From an uncultured Bacteroidales bacterium (GTDB taxonomy: Bacteria > Bacteroidota > Bacteroidia > Bacteroidales > UBA10428), in the NCBI GenBank assembly GCA_964615995.1, contig CAZTSR010000006.1, positions 11,055 to 75,054 of the forward strand: 64,000 nt of DNA, written 5' to 3'. Below, one piece after another: positions 28,843 through 38,309 of this stretch (the stretch's first letter is position 1; each line of letters begins with the position of its first letter). Below the pieces are notes generated by a model. That model did no database searches. It worked only from the letters and a program-made list of their open reading frames with translations, and was not told where the DNA came from. A program made the translations under genes and the position numbers.

Positions 28843-30711
28843 ATGAAAAAATTCTTACTTCCTCTGTTGATTTTTGTATGTATTACAGAATTCTCATTTT
28901 CTCAACCTGCTCCTGCCCGGTATGGAAAAGTTGATATCGCAGATCTGCAAATGACGGTTTATGACCTGGACACTACTGCTGAAGCAGTTGTTCTGTGCGA
29001 TTACGGTGTATTCAACTCCAATACTTTTGAATTTTCCAGGTTCAAACGTGTTAAAATCCTTAAAAAAACCGGTTACGATTACCTGGATGAAACCTATTAC
29101 ATTCCCGGTAGTAGCGCACTCAAAGGTTGTACATATAATCTTGAAAACGGAGAAGTTGTAGAAAGTAAACTTAAAGCTGAATCCATATTCAAGGAGCGTA
29201 TTTACGGAGACAATTACCGGTTCAAAGCAGCCATGCCCGATGTAAAGGTTGGCTCTGTAGTTGATATCTATTACTCCTTCACGGGATTACCATCGGTATG
29301 GTATTTTCAGGATGATGTACCTGTCAGATGGAGTGAATTACGCGTACCCAGCACTCCTTACTTAACCTTTCAAAAATCATTCTACGGCTTTGAGCCCTTG
29401 TTTTTGAATGAAGACGGCAGATGGATCAGTAAGAATATGCCCGCATTGCGTGCAGAATCCTATGTAAACTCCATTTATAATTACATGACGAAATTTGAGT
29501 TTGAAATCCAAAGCATTACTTACCCTGGCTATTACAAATTCTATACTTCGTCATGGGATGCTGTAAATACCTATCTGCTTGAGAATGATAATTTTGGAGT
29601 GCCTCTGAAAGTTGTATTATTTTTAACTGATGAAAGTGCCGCCCTCAAGAAAACCAATCTGCAGGGTCTGCCATTAATGACTGCTGCCTGCGATTTAATC
29701 AAGAAAAAAATCAAGTACAATGATGAGAAAAGTCTTTACACAAGTACTGACCTTTCAATTTCCTATAGAAAAGGGTCCGGAAATTCTGCTGATATCAATA
29801 TATCATTGATAGTTTTATTAAAGAAACTTGATTTTGATGCCTTTCCGATCGTACTCAGTACCAGAGATAATGGGATTATTCCCCTTACCTTTCCTACCAT
29901 TGATAAATTCAATTATGTAGTTGCCGGCGTACGTTATAATAATAAAGTGTATTGTTTAGACGCAACAGAACAGAATCTCCCTGCAGGAATGCTGCCTTTC
30001 CGCGCACTGAATGGAAAAGGCAGAATCATTGCTAAACAGGGTTCTGAATGGGTTGATCTGACTCCTACAGCAGACAGAAAAGAAGTGGTATATTGTAACA
30101 TGAAAATGGACGAAACCGGCACACTTACCGGAACCATTACTTATACTGAAAGTGATTATGAGGCGCTTTATTCGCGTGACAGCTACAAAACATTTAACAG
30201 TCAGGATGAATATGTGAAAGATATGGAAAGTGATTACCCCGGCCTGACGATCAACTCATTCAAATTTGAGGATCTGGACAGCATTCATAAGCCTCTTAAG
30301 GAAATTATGGATGTTACGCTTACCGGATATGCCGATATCATTGGTGACATGATTAGCCTGCGCCCCATGCTGATTGAACAAATGGAAAGCAATCCTTTTA
30401 AGGCTGAGAAAAGAAAGTATCCGATTGATTTTGGTCACGCCACACGCAGCCGTTTTATTCTGAACATTGAAATACCTGAGGGTTATGAAGTATCTGAAAT
30501 GCCAAAACCAGGCGTTATACAGATTCCTGATAAAAGTGCGAAATTTACCTATAAAGCTTCACAAACCGGGAATACCATATCCCTTGTAGCAAATATGGAG
30601 ATCACGCGCGCGCTCTATTATGAATCGGATTATGCACTGATTAAAGAATTCTTTAACCAGATCATCTCTAAAGAATCGGAAGTATTCATGCTTAAGAAGA
30701 AAGCAATCTAA
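28843..30711 (+). CDS. DUF3857/DUF3858 transglutaminase-like protein, predicted catalytically inactive
   Basis: Signal peptide. The architecture parallels the downstream paralog, but the core reads GSGNSADIN (Ser where the paralog has Cys) and KFNYVVAG (Tyr where the paralog has His). Confidence 0.6.
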   Translation: MKKFLLPLLIFVCITEFSFSQPAPARYGKVDIADLQMTVYDLDTTAEAVVLCDYGVFNSNTFEFSRFKRVKILKKTGYDYLDETYYIPGSSALKGCTYNLENGEVVESKLKAESIFKERIYGDNYRFKAAMPDVKVGSVVDIYYSFTGLPSVWYFQDDVPVRWSELRVPSTPYLTFQKSFYGFEPLFLNEDGRWISKNMPALRAESYVNSIYNYMTKFEFEIQSITYPGYYKFYTSSWDAVNTYLLENDNFGVPLKVVLFLTDESAALKKTNLQGLPLMTAACDLIKKKIKYNDEKSLYTSTDLSISYRKGSGNSADINISLIVLLKKLDFDAFPIVLSTRDNGIIPLTFPTIDKFNYVVAGVRYNNKVYCLDATEQNLPAGMLPFRALNGKGRIIAKQGSEWVDLTPTADRKEVVYCNMKMDETGTLTGTITYTESDYEALYSRDSYKTFNSQDEYVKDMESDYPGLTINSFKFEDLDSIHKPLKEIMDVTLTGYADIIGDMISLRPMLIEQMESNPFKAEKRKYPIDFGHATRSRFILNIEIPEGYEVSEMPKPGVIQIPDKSAKFTYKASQTGNTISLVANMEITRALYYESDYALIKEFFNQIISKESEVFMLKKKAI

Positions 30712-30720
30712 AATATAATC

Positions 30721-30765
30721 CCGGCAATTGGATCGGTTATCAGATCTTCAATTGCCGGTTTTTTC
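30721..30765 (+). terminator. rho-independent terminator
   Basis: Perfect 10-bp stem ccggcaattg (30721-30730) / caattgccgg (30749-30758), followed by tttttt. Confidence 0.75.
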
Positions 30766-30805
30766 TTTTGTTATAGAGTAATTATCATCCTAAAATTTTT
30801 CTTTC

Positions 30806-32716
30806 ATGTATCGCACATTTCTTATTTGGACAGCATTACTATTTACAATTAAATGTGCTGCCATTGATGTTAACTACAGTGTTGCCACCATACCTGACAG
30901 TCTGAAAGCGAATGCCAAAATGGTTGTAAGAGATTATTCCCAGACCTTCGAAATAAAATCCCCCGGATTGGCCGTTGAAACAATATCTTATGTTTATACC
31001 ATTCTCAATCAAAACGGGTACGAATATGCGCAACTCAACATACCATACAGCCAAAAATTGAACCGTGTATACAATATTAGGGGTGCTGTTTATGATGCAA
31101 ATGGTGATAAAATAGAAAATCTTACTCAGGAAAAGGTAGTCGATCAAAGTGCTATATCAGGTTACACCTTATTTGATGATTCCCGGAGTAAACTATTTGT
31201 CCCCAAAAATTTAAGTTTCCCTTTCACAGTGGAATATTCTTATGTAATTGAATATGATGGTATCCTCCATTTGCCTACCTGGTTACCTATGACGGATTAT
31301 AATGTTTCTGTACAGAAAAGTTCTTTTAAAATGATCGCCCCGCAATCATTACACTTCAGATACAGGGAGAAAAATCTGCCTGCCAACGCTTATGTTGTAA
31401 CAAAAGAAAAAGAAACTGAGTCCTACCTGTGGGAAATTAAAGATCATATAGCAATTCTCGATCAGCCATTTAGCAGCTCGTTCACCGATTTCTCACCTGC
31501 TGTTTTAACAGCACCCAATGAAATTGAAATTGAAGGTTATCATGGTAAATTAGATAACTGGACTGATTTTGGCAAATGGACCGCTTCTTTGATTGAAGGC
31601 AGAGATATTATTCCTGCGGAAACAAAAGCATTGATGGTTGAAAAAACAAAAAACTGCAAATCAGATTATGAAAAGGCTAAGGTGGTTTATGAATATATGC
31701 AAGAAAAAACAAGATATGTGGGTATTTTGATTGGAATAGGAGGTTGGCAGCCAATTCCTGCTGAAACAGTAGACCGGCTTGGCTATGGCGATTGCAAAGC
31801 ATTGACCAATTATACAAGATCATTACTGGATGCCGTTGGTGTCAAGTCTTATTATACCCGTATTCATGCCGGATACGAAATTTATCCCTTAGACGTGAGT
31901 TTTCCATCTAGCAGATTTAACCATATCATCCTATGCCTGCCTCTTGCTTCAGATACTGTTTGGCTCGAATGTACCAACCAACATGTTCCTTTCGGTTTCA
32001 TCGGAGGCTTTACCGACGACCGGGATGCATTGGTGATTACGGAAAAGGGCGGTGAAATTATGCATACCCGAATATATTCGAAAAATGATAATATGATCCT
32101 TCGAAATACAATCATCCAGTTAGGTGGAGACGGTAATGCTGTTGTTAATCGTTCAGGCTCTTATAAAGGCCTATATTATGATGACAGGGTAGATATTTAT
32201 CTTGCTGGTACTGAAGATCAGAGGGAAATACTAATCAAAGACCTGAATATTCCAGGTGCAATTCTGAAAAAATTTCAACTGAAGGAAGAAAGAAGCGAAT
32301 ATCCTGAGATTAAAGAAGAACTTCAACTTGAAGTTGCACGCTTTGGGACTATTTCGGGTACACGTTTGCTGGTTCCCCTTGTACCAACCGACAAAACCAC
32401 CGCTGTTCCTAAAAAAGTCAGTATCCGGCTTTCCGATGTCGTATTATACAGAGACAGGACTGAGATTGATACTTTCAGGATTTCAATTCCTGAAGGATAT
32501 ACGCCTGAGGCCATACCTTCAGAAGTCAAAACAGACACCAAATTCGGAAGCTATTATTTAAAAGCCGTGGTGGCAGGAAATGAAGTGATCTGCACGCGCA
32601 TCATAGAAATCAAAAAAGGGAAGAATCCGCCATCCTCCTATAACGAACTGATCGAATTCTTTAAAAAGATGGCGGCCGCTGACAACAGCAAAATGAGCCT
32701 CAAAAAAGCTATCTAG
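30806..32716 (+). CDS. DUF3857 + transglutaminase-like cysteine protease core + DUF3858 protein
   Basis: Signal peptide. Transglutaminase core GYGDCKALTNYTRSLL with downstream FNHIILC and D/E (TVWLECT). Confidence 0.7.
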   Translation: MYRTFLIWTALLFTIKCAAIDVNYSVATIPDSLKANAKMVVRDYSQTFEIKSPGLAVETISYVYTILNQNGYEYAQLNIPYSQKLNRVYNIRGAVYDANGDKIENLTQEKVVDQSAISGYTLFDDSRSKLFVPKNLSFPFTVEYSYVIEYDGILHLPTWLPMTDYNVSVQKSSFKMIAPQSLHFRYREKNLPANAYVVTKEKETESYLWEIKDHIAILDQPFSSSFTDFSPAVLTAPNEIEIEGYHGKLDNWTDFGKWTASLIEGRDIIPAETKALMVEKTKNCKSDYEKAKVVYEYMQEKTRYVGILIGIGGWQPIPAETVDRLGYGDCKALTNYTRSLLDAVGVKSYYTRIHAGYEIYPLDVSFPSSRFNHIILCLPLASDTVWLECTNQHVPFGFIGGFTDDRDALVITEKGGEIMHTRIYSKNDNMILRNTIIQLGGDGNAVVNRSGSYKGLYYDDRVDIYLAGTEDQREILIKDLNIPGAILKKFQLKEERSEYPEIKEELQLEVARFGTISGTRLLVPLVPTDKTTAVPKKVSIRLSDVVLYRDRTEIDTFRISIPEGYTPEAIPSEVKTDTKFGSYYLKAVVAGNEVICTRIIEIKKGKNPPSSYNELIEFFKKMAAADNSKMSLKKAI

Positions 32717-33071
32717 ACAAATATTCAGCTTTGAAAGTGCAGGATGGATTACCTCCTGTAGTTGCTTTTATATTACAGGTAACAACTGCGTCGTTCTGCC
32801 TGTATCCGATTGAAAAGGCAACCTCCGGGTCGGTAACAGGACTGATAAAACCAAGATATTTTATATTTGATGCCCTACTCAGCATCAAATTCTTACCAAC
32901 AGCTTCCTGGATCAGCTCCCGTGCAATTTGCAAAGTGCATACACCGGGTAATATCGGATTACCGGGAAAATGTCCTTCAAAAACAGGATGCTCTTTATTG
33001 AGAATGATGGAAGCCTCAATATTTTCACCATCCAGCGAAAAAGAATTGATGCGGTACAAATCTGGTTTCAT
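32709..33071 (-). CDS. FabZ-like 3-hydroxyacyl-ACP dehydratase (hotdog)
   Basis: FEGHFPGNPILPGV catalytic-His motif. 120 aa. Its 3' end overlaps the convergent gene by 8 nt. Confidence 0.75.
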   Translation of the reverse strand: MKPDLYRINSFSLDGENIEASIILNKEHPVFEGHFPGNPILPGVCTLQIARELIQEAVGKNLMLSRASNIKYLGFISPVTDPEVAFSIGYRQNDAVVTCNIKATTGGNPSCTFKAEYLSR

Positions 33072-33075
33072 GGCA

Positions 33076-33738
33076 TTATTGTATAATTCGTTGCAGATTC
33101 ATTTGAAGTTTAATTTTGTAATGCTTCAGAAATATTGAATCCAGTTGGGATGCAGGATTCCCGTAAAAATTCACATTAACTTTATTGGAAAGCCAACCTG
33201 CCTGTCTGATTTCAATGGGTTCCTGAGCCATTGACGACCTTAACAAAAAGTACTTCTGTTTATCAGATTTGTATTTGTAAACATATTTATCAAAGTCATC
33301 TCCTACAGCATAACTTTTTACCGGATCAACCGAAGCAAAAGGCATGATCATCAATTTCAGATCGCCCGACAATGTGCGAACCAGGGCCTTTTTATTCATG
33401 GCATCCATAATATACCAGATCTTAGGTTCCCCAACAGGAGGGATTTCAAGATCCATAATTTTTAACCCAACCTCTGTGATAAAAACAACACGGAACGTAT
33501 CGCCTCCCATATTTTTAAATACAAGAAGTCCGCTGAAATGCTTTTTAAACAGATCTATTTGTGTGTTGAACAGGAAAGATGAAGAATCAGACCGGAACCA
33601 TGAAACAGGGGCATCCGCAGGAACGTCCTCAGCTTTATGCGTTTGTGGAAAACCCGAAGGAGCGCATGAAACCAGCAAAAGCATTGCTGTAAAAGCAAAA
33701 TAACCTGATAGGACCCTATTTAAAGCTAAACTTCTCAT
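33076..33738 (-). CDS. putative lipoprotein (cluster-associated, DUF3261-like?)
   Basis: Lipobox-like signal AMLLLVSCAP. 220 aa, no catalytic motifs. Its position next to the LolA-like gene mirrors APE clusters. The family call is tentative. Confidence 0.45.
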   Translation of the reverse strand: MRSLALNRVLSGYFAFTAMLLLVSCAPSGFPQTHKAEDVPADAPVSWFRSDSSSFLFNTQIDLFKKHFSGLLVFKNMGGDTFRVVFITEVGLKIMDLEIPPVGEPKIWYIMDAMNKKALVRTLSGDLKLMIMPFASVDPVKSYAVGDDFDKYVYKYKSDKQKYFLLRSSMAQEPIEIRQAGWLSNKVNVNFYGNPASQLDSIFLKHYKIKLQMNLQRIIQ

Positions 33739-34357
33739 CAGGAATTTCCGGATTCAGTTTCTTGTTTACAAAATCAATTTTTGTATAATCTCCGCCTTCC
33801 TCAACCATTGAAATGCGTGTAACAGTCAAATCGGTTTTATTAAACCAGATCTGAACATCATTCAGCATTTTCCGCATGGCTTCAGACTTAGGCTTCAGGC
33901 TTACAAAATAGGCCTTATCATCTTCAAAATAGCTGATGTTGTATTCCTGCTCATTGCGAAGGATGTCTCCCTGTATACAACCACTGATGAACTTGTTCAT
34001 TTCCTGAAACATCTTGTTCGACTGTATGTCGTATTGCTTCTGGTTCTGGTCTTCTTTTATGAATATTTTACTGTTGCTGATGATAATCAGGTAACGATAG
34101 GGCTGATTGTATTCCCATCTGATTCTATTGGGTTTCTTAAAATTAAAATGGCCCTTTGAAATAATTTTATTTGACAGAATGCTCAGATTTTTCTCCTGCA
34201 CAAAATCACTTTCAATACTGTTTACTTTCTCCGACATGGTGATCAGCCGGGTTTTAAACTCCTTTATATTCTTCATGGGAGTTGCAGGGATTTGTCCATG
34301 AACATGAAGTCCAAAAACGAGCAGCGCCACCAATAAGTATTTCATTTTAGTAATCAT
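33716..34357 (-). CDS. LolA-like outer-membrane lipoprotein carrier family protein
   Basis: Signal peptide. FVQEKNLSILSNKIISKGHFNFKKPNRIRWEYNQP matches the LolA-family pattern. 213 aa. Confidence 0.65.
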   Translation of the reverse strand: MITKMKYLLVALLVFGLHVHGQIPATPMKNIKEFKTRLITMSEKVNSIESDFVQEKNLSILSNKIISKGHFNFKKPNRIRWEYNQPYRYLIIISNSKIFIKEDQNQKQYDIQSNKMFQEMNKFISGCIQGDILRNEQEYNISYFEDDKAYFVSLKPKSEAMRKMLNDVQIWFNKTDLTVTRISMVEEGGDYTKIDFVNKKLNPEIPDEKFSFK

Positions 34358-35123
34358 AGGCTTGAATTTTAAGAAATTGATCCAAAGGATAAACAGAATA
34401 ACCGCTTTCCTTTAAGAAACTCAGCAGCTGATCCACCGATTCCACAGTCCATGGTTTGTTGTCATGGAACAAAATGATATCTCCGGACCTTACTTTTTCT
34501 TTAAGACGATCCACGATAGCGACAGGATCTTTAATAACAGTATCGTTTGACTTAACACTCCACCCGATGGATGTATATTCCATGGCCTTAACAGATCTTG
34601 CAAGAGGCGGGTTTGTCACGCCATAAGGAGGGCGAAACAACTTCATTCTTTTACCGGTTAGCGAATAGATGATGGTATCGGTTTTTCGCATTTCATCCTG
34701 CATGGTTGTATCAGGATAAAGGTCGAAAAAGAAATGGTGCGAAAAGCTGTGCCCTCCGATAAGATGACCTTCTTTATTTATTCTTTCAATGATGGTGGGG
34801 TTTCTTTCAGCCCGGCTTCCAATTATAAAGAAAGTGGCCGGAACCTGATGCTTTTTAAGGACATCCAGAATTAAAGGAGTAATCTGTGCATCGGGACCAT
34901 CGTCAAAAGTCAATGCGACAGCCTTGTCCGTTGCCTGACCTTTGCTTAAGGATGTCAGGTAAAAATTAGCCTGTATGTTTTTGGTACCATAAAACATAAC
35001 AGATACCATGACAAGAATAATGCCAGCATAAATCCATGCGCTTACAGGGTTGAACCAATCATATATGGCTACAACCAACAGAAGCACAATAAAGAAAACC
35101 GATATTTTCTTATAAGTCAGCAT
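34347..35123 (-). CDS. polysaccharide deacetylase (NodB homology domain) with N-terminal TM helices
   Basis: ALTFDDGPD and GHSFSHH NodB motifs. Confidence 0.8.
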   Translation of the reverse strand: MLTYKKISVFFIVLLLVVAIYDWFNPVSAWIYAGIILVMVSVMFYGTKNIQANFYLTSLSKGQATDKAVALTFDDGPDAQITPLILDVLKKHQVPATFFIIGSRAERNPTIIERINKEGHLIGGHSFSHHFFFDLYPDTTMQDEMRKTDTIIYSLTGKRMKLFRPPYGVTNPPLARSVKAMEYTSIGWSVKSNDTVIKDPVAIVDRLKEKVRSGDIILFHDNKPWTVESVDQLLSFLKESGYSVYPLDQFLKIQAYDY

Positions 35124-36187
35124 CTTTCCAGAAGAAACAAAGCATGATTTTTTCCACGAAGATGATTGTAAACCACAATCCGGTTTATGGATTCAGGTTT
35201 TTTACCTGAAAGCATGGCATGAAGTGGTGCGCATTGTGACTGAAGCATTGCTGATGCCATCCACAATGCAAAAGAAGAAGAAGTATCATATTCACCGCAA
35301 AGATGTTTATAGCCCGCACAAGCAACATTTTTAAAAATGCTGTTCATGAGTCCGGCATAAAAAGGGTCGGTTCTGCTGTCACCATTCATCCCCAGCAAAG
35401 CCAGATCTATTTCACCTGGAGCCAGATTGTTTTTTTTGAGAAAGGCTTCAATGTGCAGTCTCACATCATCCCGATTCCGATCGGGATTAAAAAATGCATC
35501 AACATCTTTTAATACAGCCATATCGTGATCTCCCGGCACGCCGCTCAGCATAAAAAATGCTACTCCCTCACCCGGAATTGTTCCGCGCGTTTGATTTTCA
35601 TAAAGAGCAAAACTGTCAATGGCATTCGTTTTCCATAAACCGAGTCGCCTGGTTAAGGCATAGGAAATATCTGTAATTTCGTCAAAACCTCCTGCCAGAA
35701 TATTCATGGACGGATGATCATGCAATTGCATCAGTGCATCCTGCAAAGCACTTTCAAATGAGAAACCTCTATGGGTGTATGTAGCATTATATCCATGGCA
35801 TTTTATGGCAAGTGCGATTGCTCCGGCAATGGTATTATGTGTTGATTGTATAAAAGGTGTCGGATTCAAAAGCCGTTCTTCATTCGCGTATATCGATGTA
35901 AGAAACTTACCTGTATCCTCCAGGCATCCAAGTCCGGTACCTGCAATAATTGCATCAGGCATGTTCACCCCCGAGTCTTTCATGCATTTCAGGGCACTGC
36001 AAACGCCCATTTTAACAACCCTGCTCATCCGGCGGGCAACCATAGGATCCAAATAATCACGATATACCGGTTCAATGCATTTTAATCGGGTAACCCCGGA
36101 GTATTGGACCTCTTCATCAGGCAAATTCTGGCTGTTAAAGGTATTTTGCGGAGACAAAACAGATGCTCCTTTTATATATACTTCCAT
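35117..36187 (-). CDS. ketosynthase-like protein lacking the active-site Cys (chain-length-factor-like partner)
   Basis: KS fold features (GTGLGCLEDT, HNTIAGAIAL) but no ACSS-type nucleophile. Paralog of 46632-47705. Confidence 0.7.
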   Translation of the reverse strand: MEVYIKGASVLSPQNTFNSQNLPDEEVQYSGVTRLKCIEPVYRDYLDPMVARRMSRVVKMGVCSALKCMKDSGVNMPDAIIAGTGLGCLEDTGKFLTSIYANEERLLNPTPFIQSTHNTIAGAIALAIKCHGYNATYTHRGFSFESALQDALMQLHDHPSMNILAGGFDEITDISYALTRRLGLWKTNAIDSFALYENQTRGTIPGEGVAFFMLSGVPGDHDMAVLKDVDAFFNPDRNRDDVRLHIEAFLKKNNLAPGEIDLALLGMNGDSRTDPFYAGLMNSIFKNVACAGYKHLCGEYDTSSSFALWMASAMLQSQCAPLHAMLSGKKPESINRIVVYNHLRGKNHALFLLERC

Positions 36188-36188
36188 A

Positions 36189-37397
36189 TCAGATTCTTGA
36201 AAAGATCAGTGATGAATTGTTGCCTCCAAAGCCGAATGAATTAGACATAACATAGTCGATTTGAGCATCAGGCATGAATTTCTGTACCGGCAGAAATGAT
36301 AATTCCTGCATTTTATCACTAAAATTCAGATTGGCAAATATGCATTGATTGCGGATCGCCAGAGTGCTGATCACTGCTTCAATAGCGCCGGCAGCGCCTA
36401 ATGTATGACCAGTAAATGATTTTGTAGAACTGCAGTGAGGAATGTCATTTCCGAATAACCGTTCAATAGCAACCCCTTCTGACAAATCATTATTTTTTGT
36501 TCCGGTGCCATGGGTGTTGATATAACTAATCTGATTTGATGCGATGCCTGCAGTCTCCAATGCGATTTTCATAGCAAGGTATGCGCCATGTCCTTCGGGT
36601 GAAGAGGCAGTCTGATGGTAAGCATCACAGGCATTTCCAAATCCGAGTACTTCAGCAAGTGGTGTTTTACCACTTTGCATCACATCATCTTCCGATTCTA
36701 AAACCACAAATGCAGACCCTTCGCCCAGGTTCAATCCATTGCGGTTTTCATCAAATGGCTTGCACTGCATACGGTCCAGGATCATGAGACTGTTAAATCC
36801 GTTCAATGTGAATTTTGTAAGACAATCTGTGCCTCCGGCAACTGCTTTTTTTATCCTGCCTTGCCGGATTAATCTTGCCCCCATCATGATGGCATTCGCC
36901 GAAGAGGAGCACGCTGTATTAATGGTGGATAAGAAGCCCTGAACGCCCATTTCGCGGGCGATCATTTCTGTACTGTCTCCGCAATCGTGTCCTGCAACTC
37001 CCCTGATTTTTCCGTGGTTGTTGTTGGCAAGAAAGGTTTTAAAGAAAACTTCACTCTGGTCCATTCCTCCAACTGTAGTTCCTGAAATAAGCGCAGCGGT
37101 ATGAAGTTCATTCTTTTCAAGTCCGGCCTGAATTATGGCCTGTCGCGCGGCAATCATGCCAAGAAGAGCAGTTCTGGTATAATGACCTTTATTTATGGGA
37201 CGGGCAATATCTATTAGTTCACCGTTTGTTGCTTTAATTTCGGCAACGGGGATCTCATTCTTATAAACACTATCAATTAACGAAAGATGCCCTACTCCTG
37301 TAAGACCTTCTTTAAGGGAAGATAAAACCTCAAGAGAATTTCTGCCAATAGCAGTAATAATTCCGATACCGGTAATAAAAACTCTTGTCACAGGCAC
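36189..37397 (-). CDS. beta-ketoacyl-ACP synthase
   Basis: VFITGIGIITAIG, INTACSSSANAIMMG, HGTGT, GHTLGAAG, NSFGFGGNNSSLIF. Confidence 0.9.
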   Translation of the reverse strand: MPVTRVFITGIGIITAIGRNSLEVLSSLKEGLTGVGHLSLIDSVYKNEIPVAEIKATNGELIDIARPINKGHYTRTALLGMIAARQAIIQAGLEKNELHTAALISGTTVGGMDQSEVFFKTFLANNNHGKIRGVAGHDCGDSTEMIAREMGVQGFLSTINTACSSSANAIMMGARLIRQGRIKKAVAGGTDCLTKFTLNGFNSLMILDRMQCKPFDENRNGLNLGEGSAFVVLESEDDVMQSGKTPLAEVLGFGNACDAYHQTASSPEGHGAYLAMKIALETAGIASNQISYINTHGTGTKNNDLSEGVAIERLFGNDIPHCSSTKSFTGHTLGAAGAIEAVISTLAIRNQCIFANLNFSDKMQELSFLPVQKFMPDAQIDYVMSNSFGFGGNNSSLIFSRI

Positions 37398-37655
37398 TTA
37401 TCCTTTATTATTGGCGCGAATGAACTCAGCCATAGAGCGCACAGATTTGAGTACTGTTTTTCCTTCTTCGGCCGTGCCCAGCTTCAGTCCATATTTCTTC
37501 TCAAGCAACACGATCAGCTCCAGCGCATCGATAGAATCCAGGCCAAGTCCCTCAACAAATAAAGGAGCATTTTCATCAATGCTTTCCGGTGTCATTTCCG
37601 TAAGGTTTAAAACCTCAATAATTTCATTTTTCAGTTTAGCAATCAGTTGTTCCAT
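37398..37655 (-). CDS. acyl carrier protein
   Basis: 85 aa with GLGLDSIDALELI. Close paralog of 48897-49160. Confidence 0.85.
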   Translation of the reverse strand: MEQLIAKLKNEIIEVLNLTEMTPESIDENAPLFVEGLGLDSIDALELIVLLEKKYGLKLGTAEEGKTVLKSVRSMAEFIRANNKG

Positions 37656-37658
37656 AAT

Positions 37659-38309
37659 TCAGATTCCCTGTGAATAAATTTGAGTGAGTTTTTCGGGTTC
37701 AAAAATAGCAATTCCCTTATTATCGGGCGTTGATTTTTCAATCAAATAAAGTACAGCATGGTAATGGCTTCCGTTCATTTCCAGCCAGCCGCATAGACAG
37801 CAATCCATAACCCCTTCATCCAGCATTTGTCGTATATAAGTTTCCATTGAAGACACGTTAAAAGCATTCTCAATAAAAAAAGTGCTTTCTCCGAAAAACT
37901 TATTGCGGATTGATATTTCACCGATTACAATATTTGCAAGCGTGTAAACAAAAACAGAGGGACTTGGGAAATAAGCATCCCGGCTCTGGATGGATTGCTG
38001 GTGATTTCGGTCGCTATCAATTGAACCTGCTGCATTATAGAGGATCATGCCAATTGCGTCCCCTGTATATTTATCTGTAAGATTTCTTCCGTTCAAAAGA
38101 ATTTCTGATGCCAGGAATCCAAGTTTGCAAAGCGGATCCATTTTATAAAATTTCGGGTAATGGACATTCAGCTTTTTGTATAATTCCAGTAAAAACACAT
38201 CCGCTTTGGTATCACTTCCTTCAAATACCACAGATCCGTTTAAACGTGCCTGCCCGTTTACAATATTGCAATGTCCCGAAATGATATAGTCTGTGTTCAT
38301 TCTTTGCAA
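37659..38309 (-). CDS. short ketosynthase-like protein (no catalytic Cys; possible KS partner subunit)
   Basis: 216 aa, tightly packed between a KS and an ACP. I recall this type being annotated '3-oxoacyl-ACP synthase' in flexirubin loci. The family call comes from context and memory. Confidence 0.45.
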   Translation of the reverse strand: MQRMNTDYIISGHCNIVNGQARLNGSVVFEGSDTKADVFLLELYKKLNVHYPKFYKMDPLCKLGFLASEILLNGRNLTDKYTGDAIGMILYNAAGSIDSDRNHQQSIQSRDAYFPSPSVFVYTLANIVIGEISIRNKFFGESTFFIENAFNVSSMETYIRQMLDEGVMDCCLCGWLEMNGSHYHAVLYLIEKSTPDNKGIAIFEPEKLTQIYSQGI

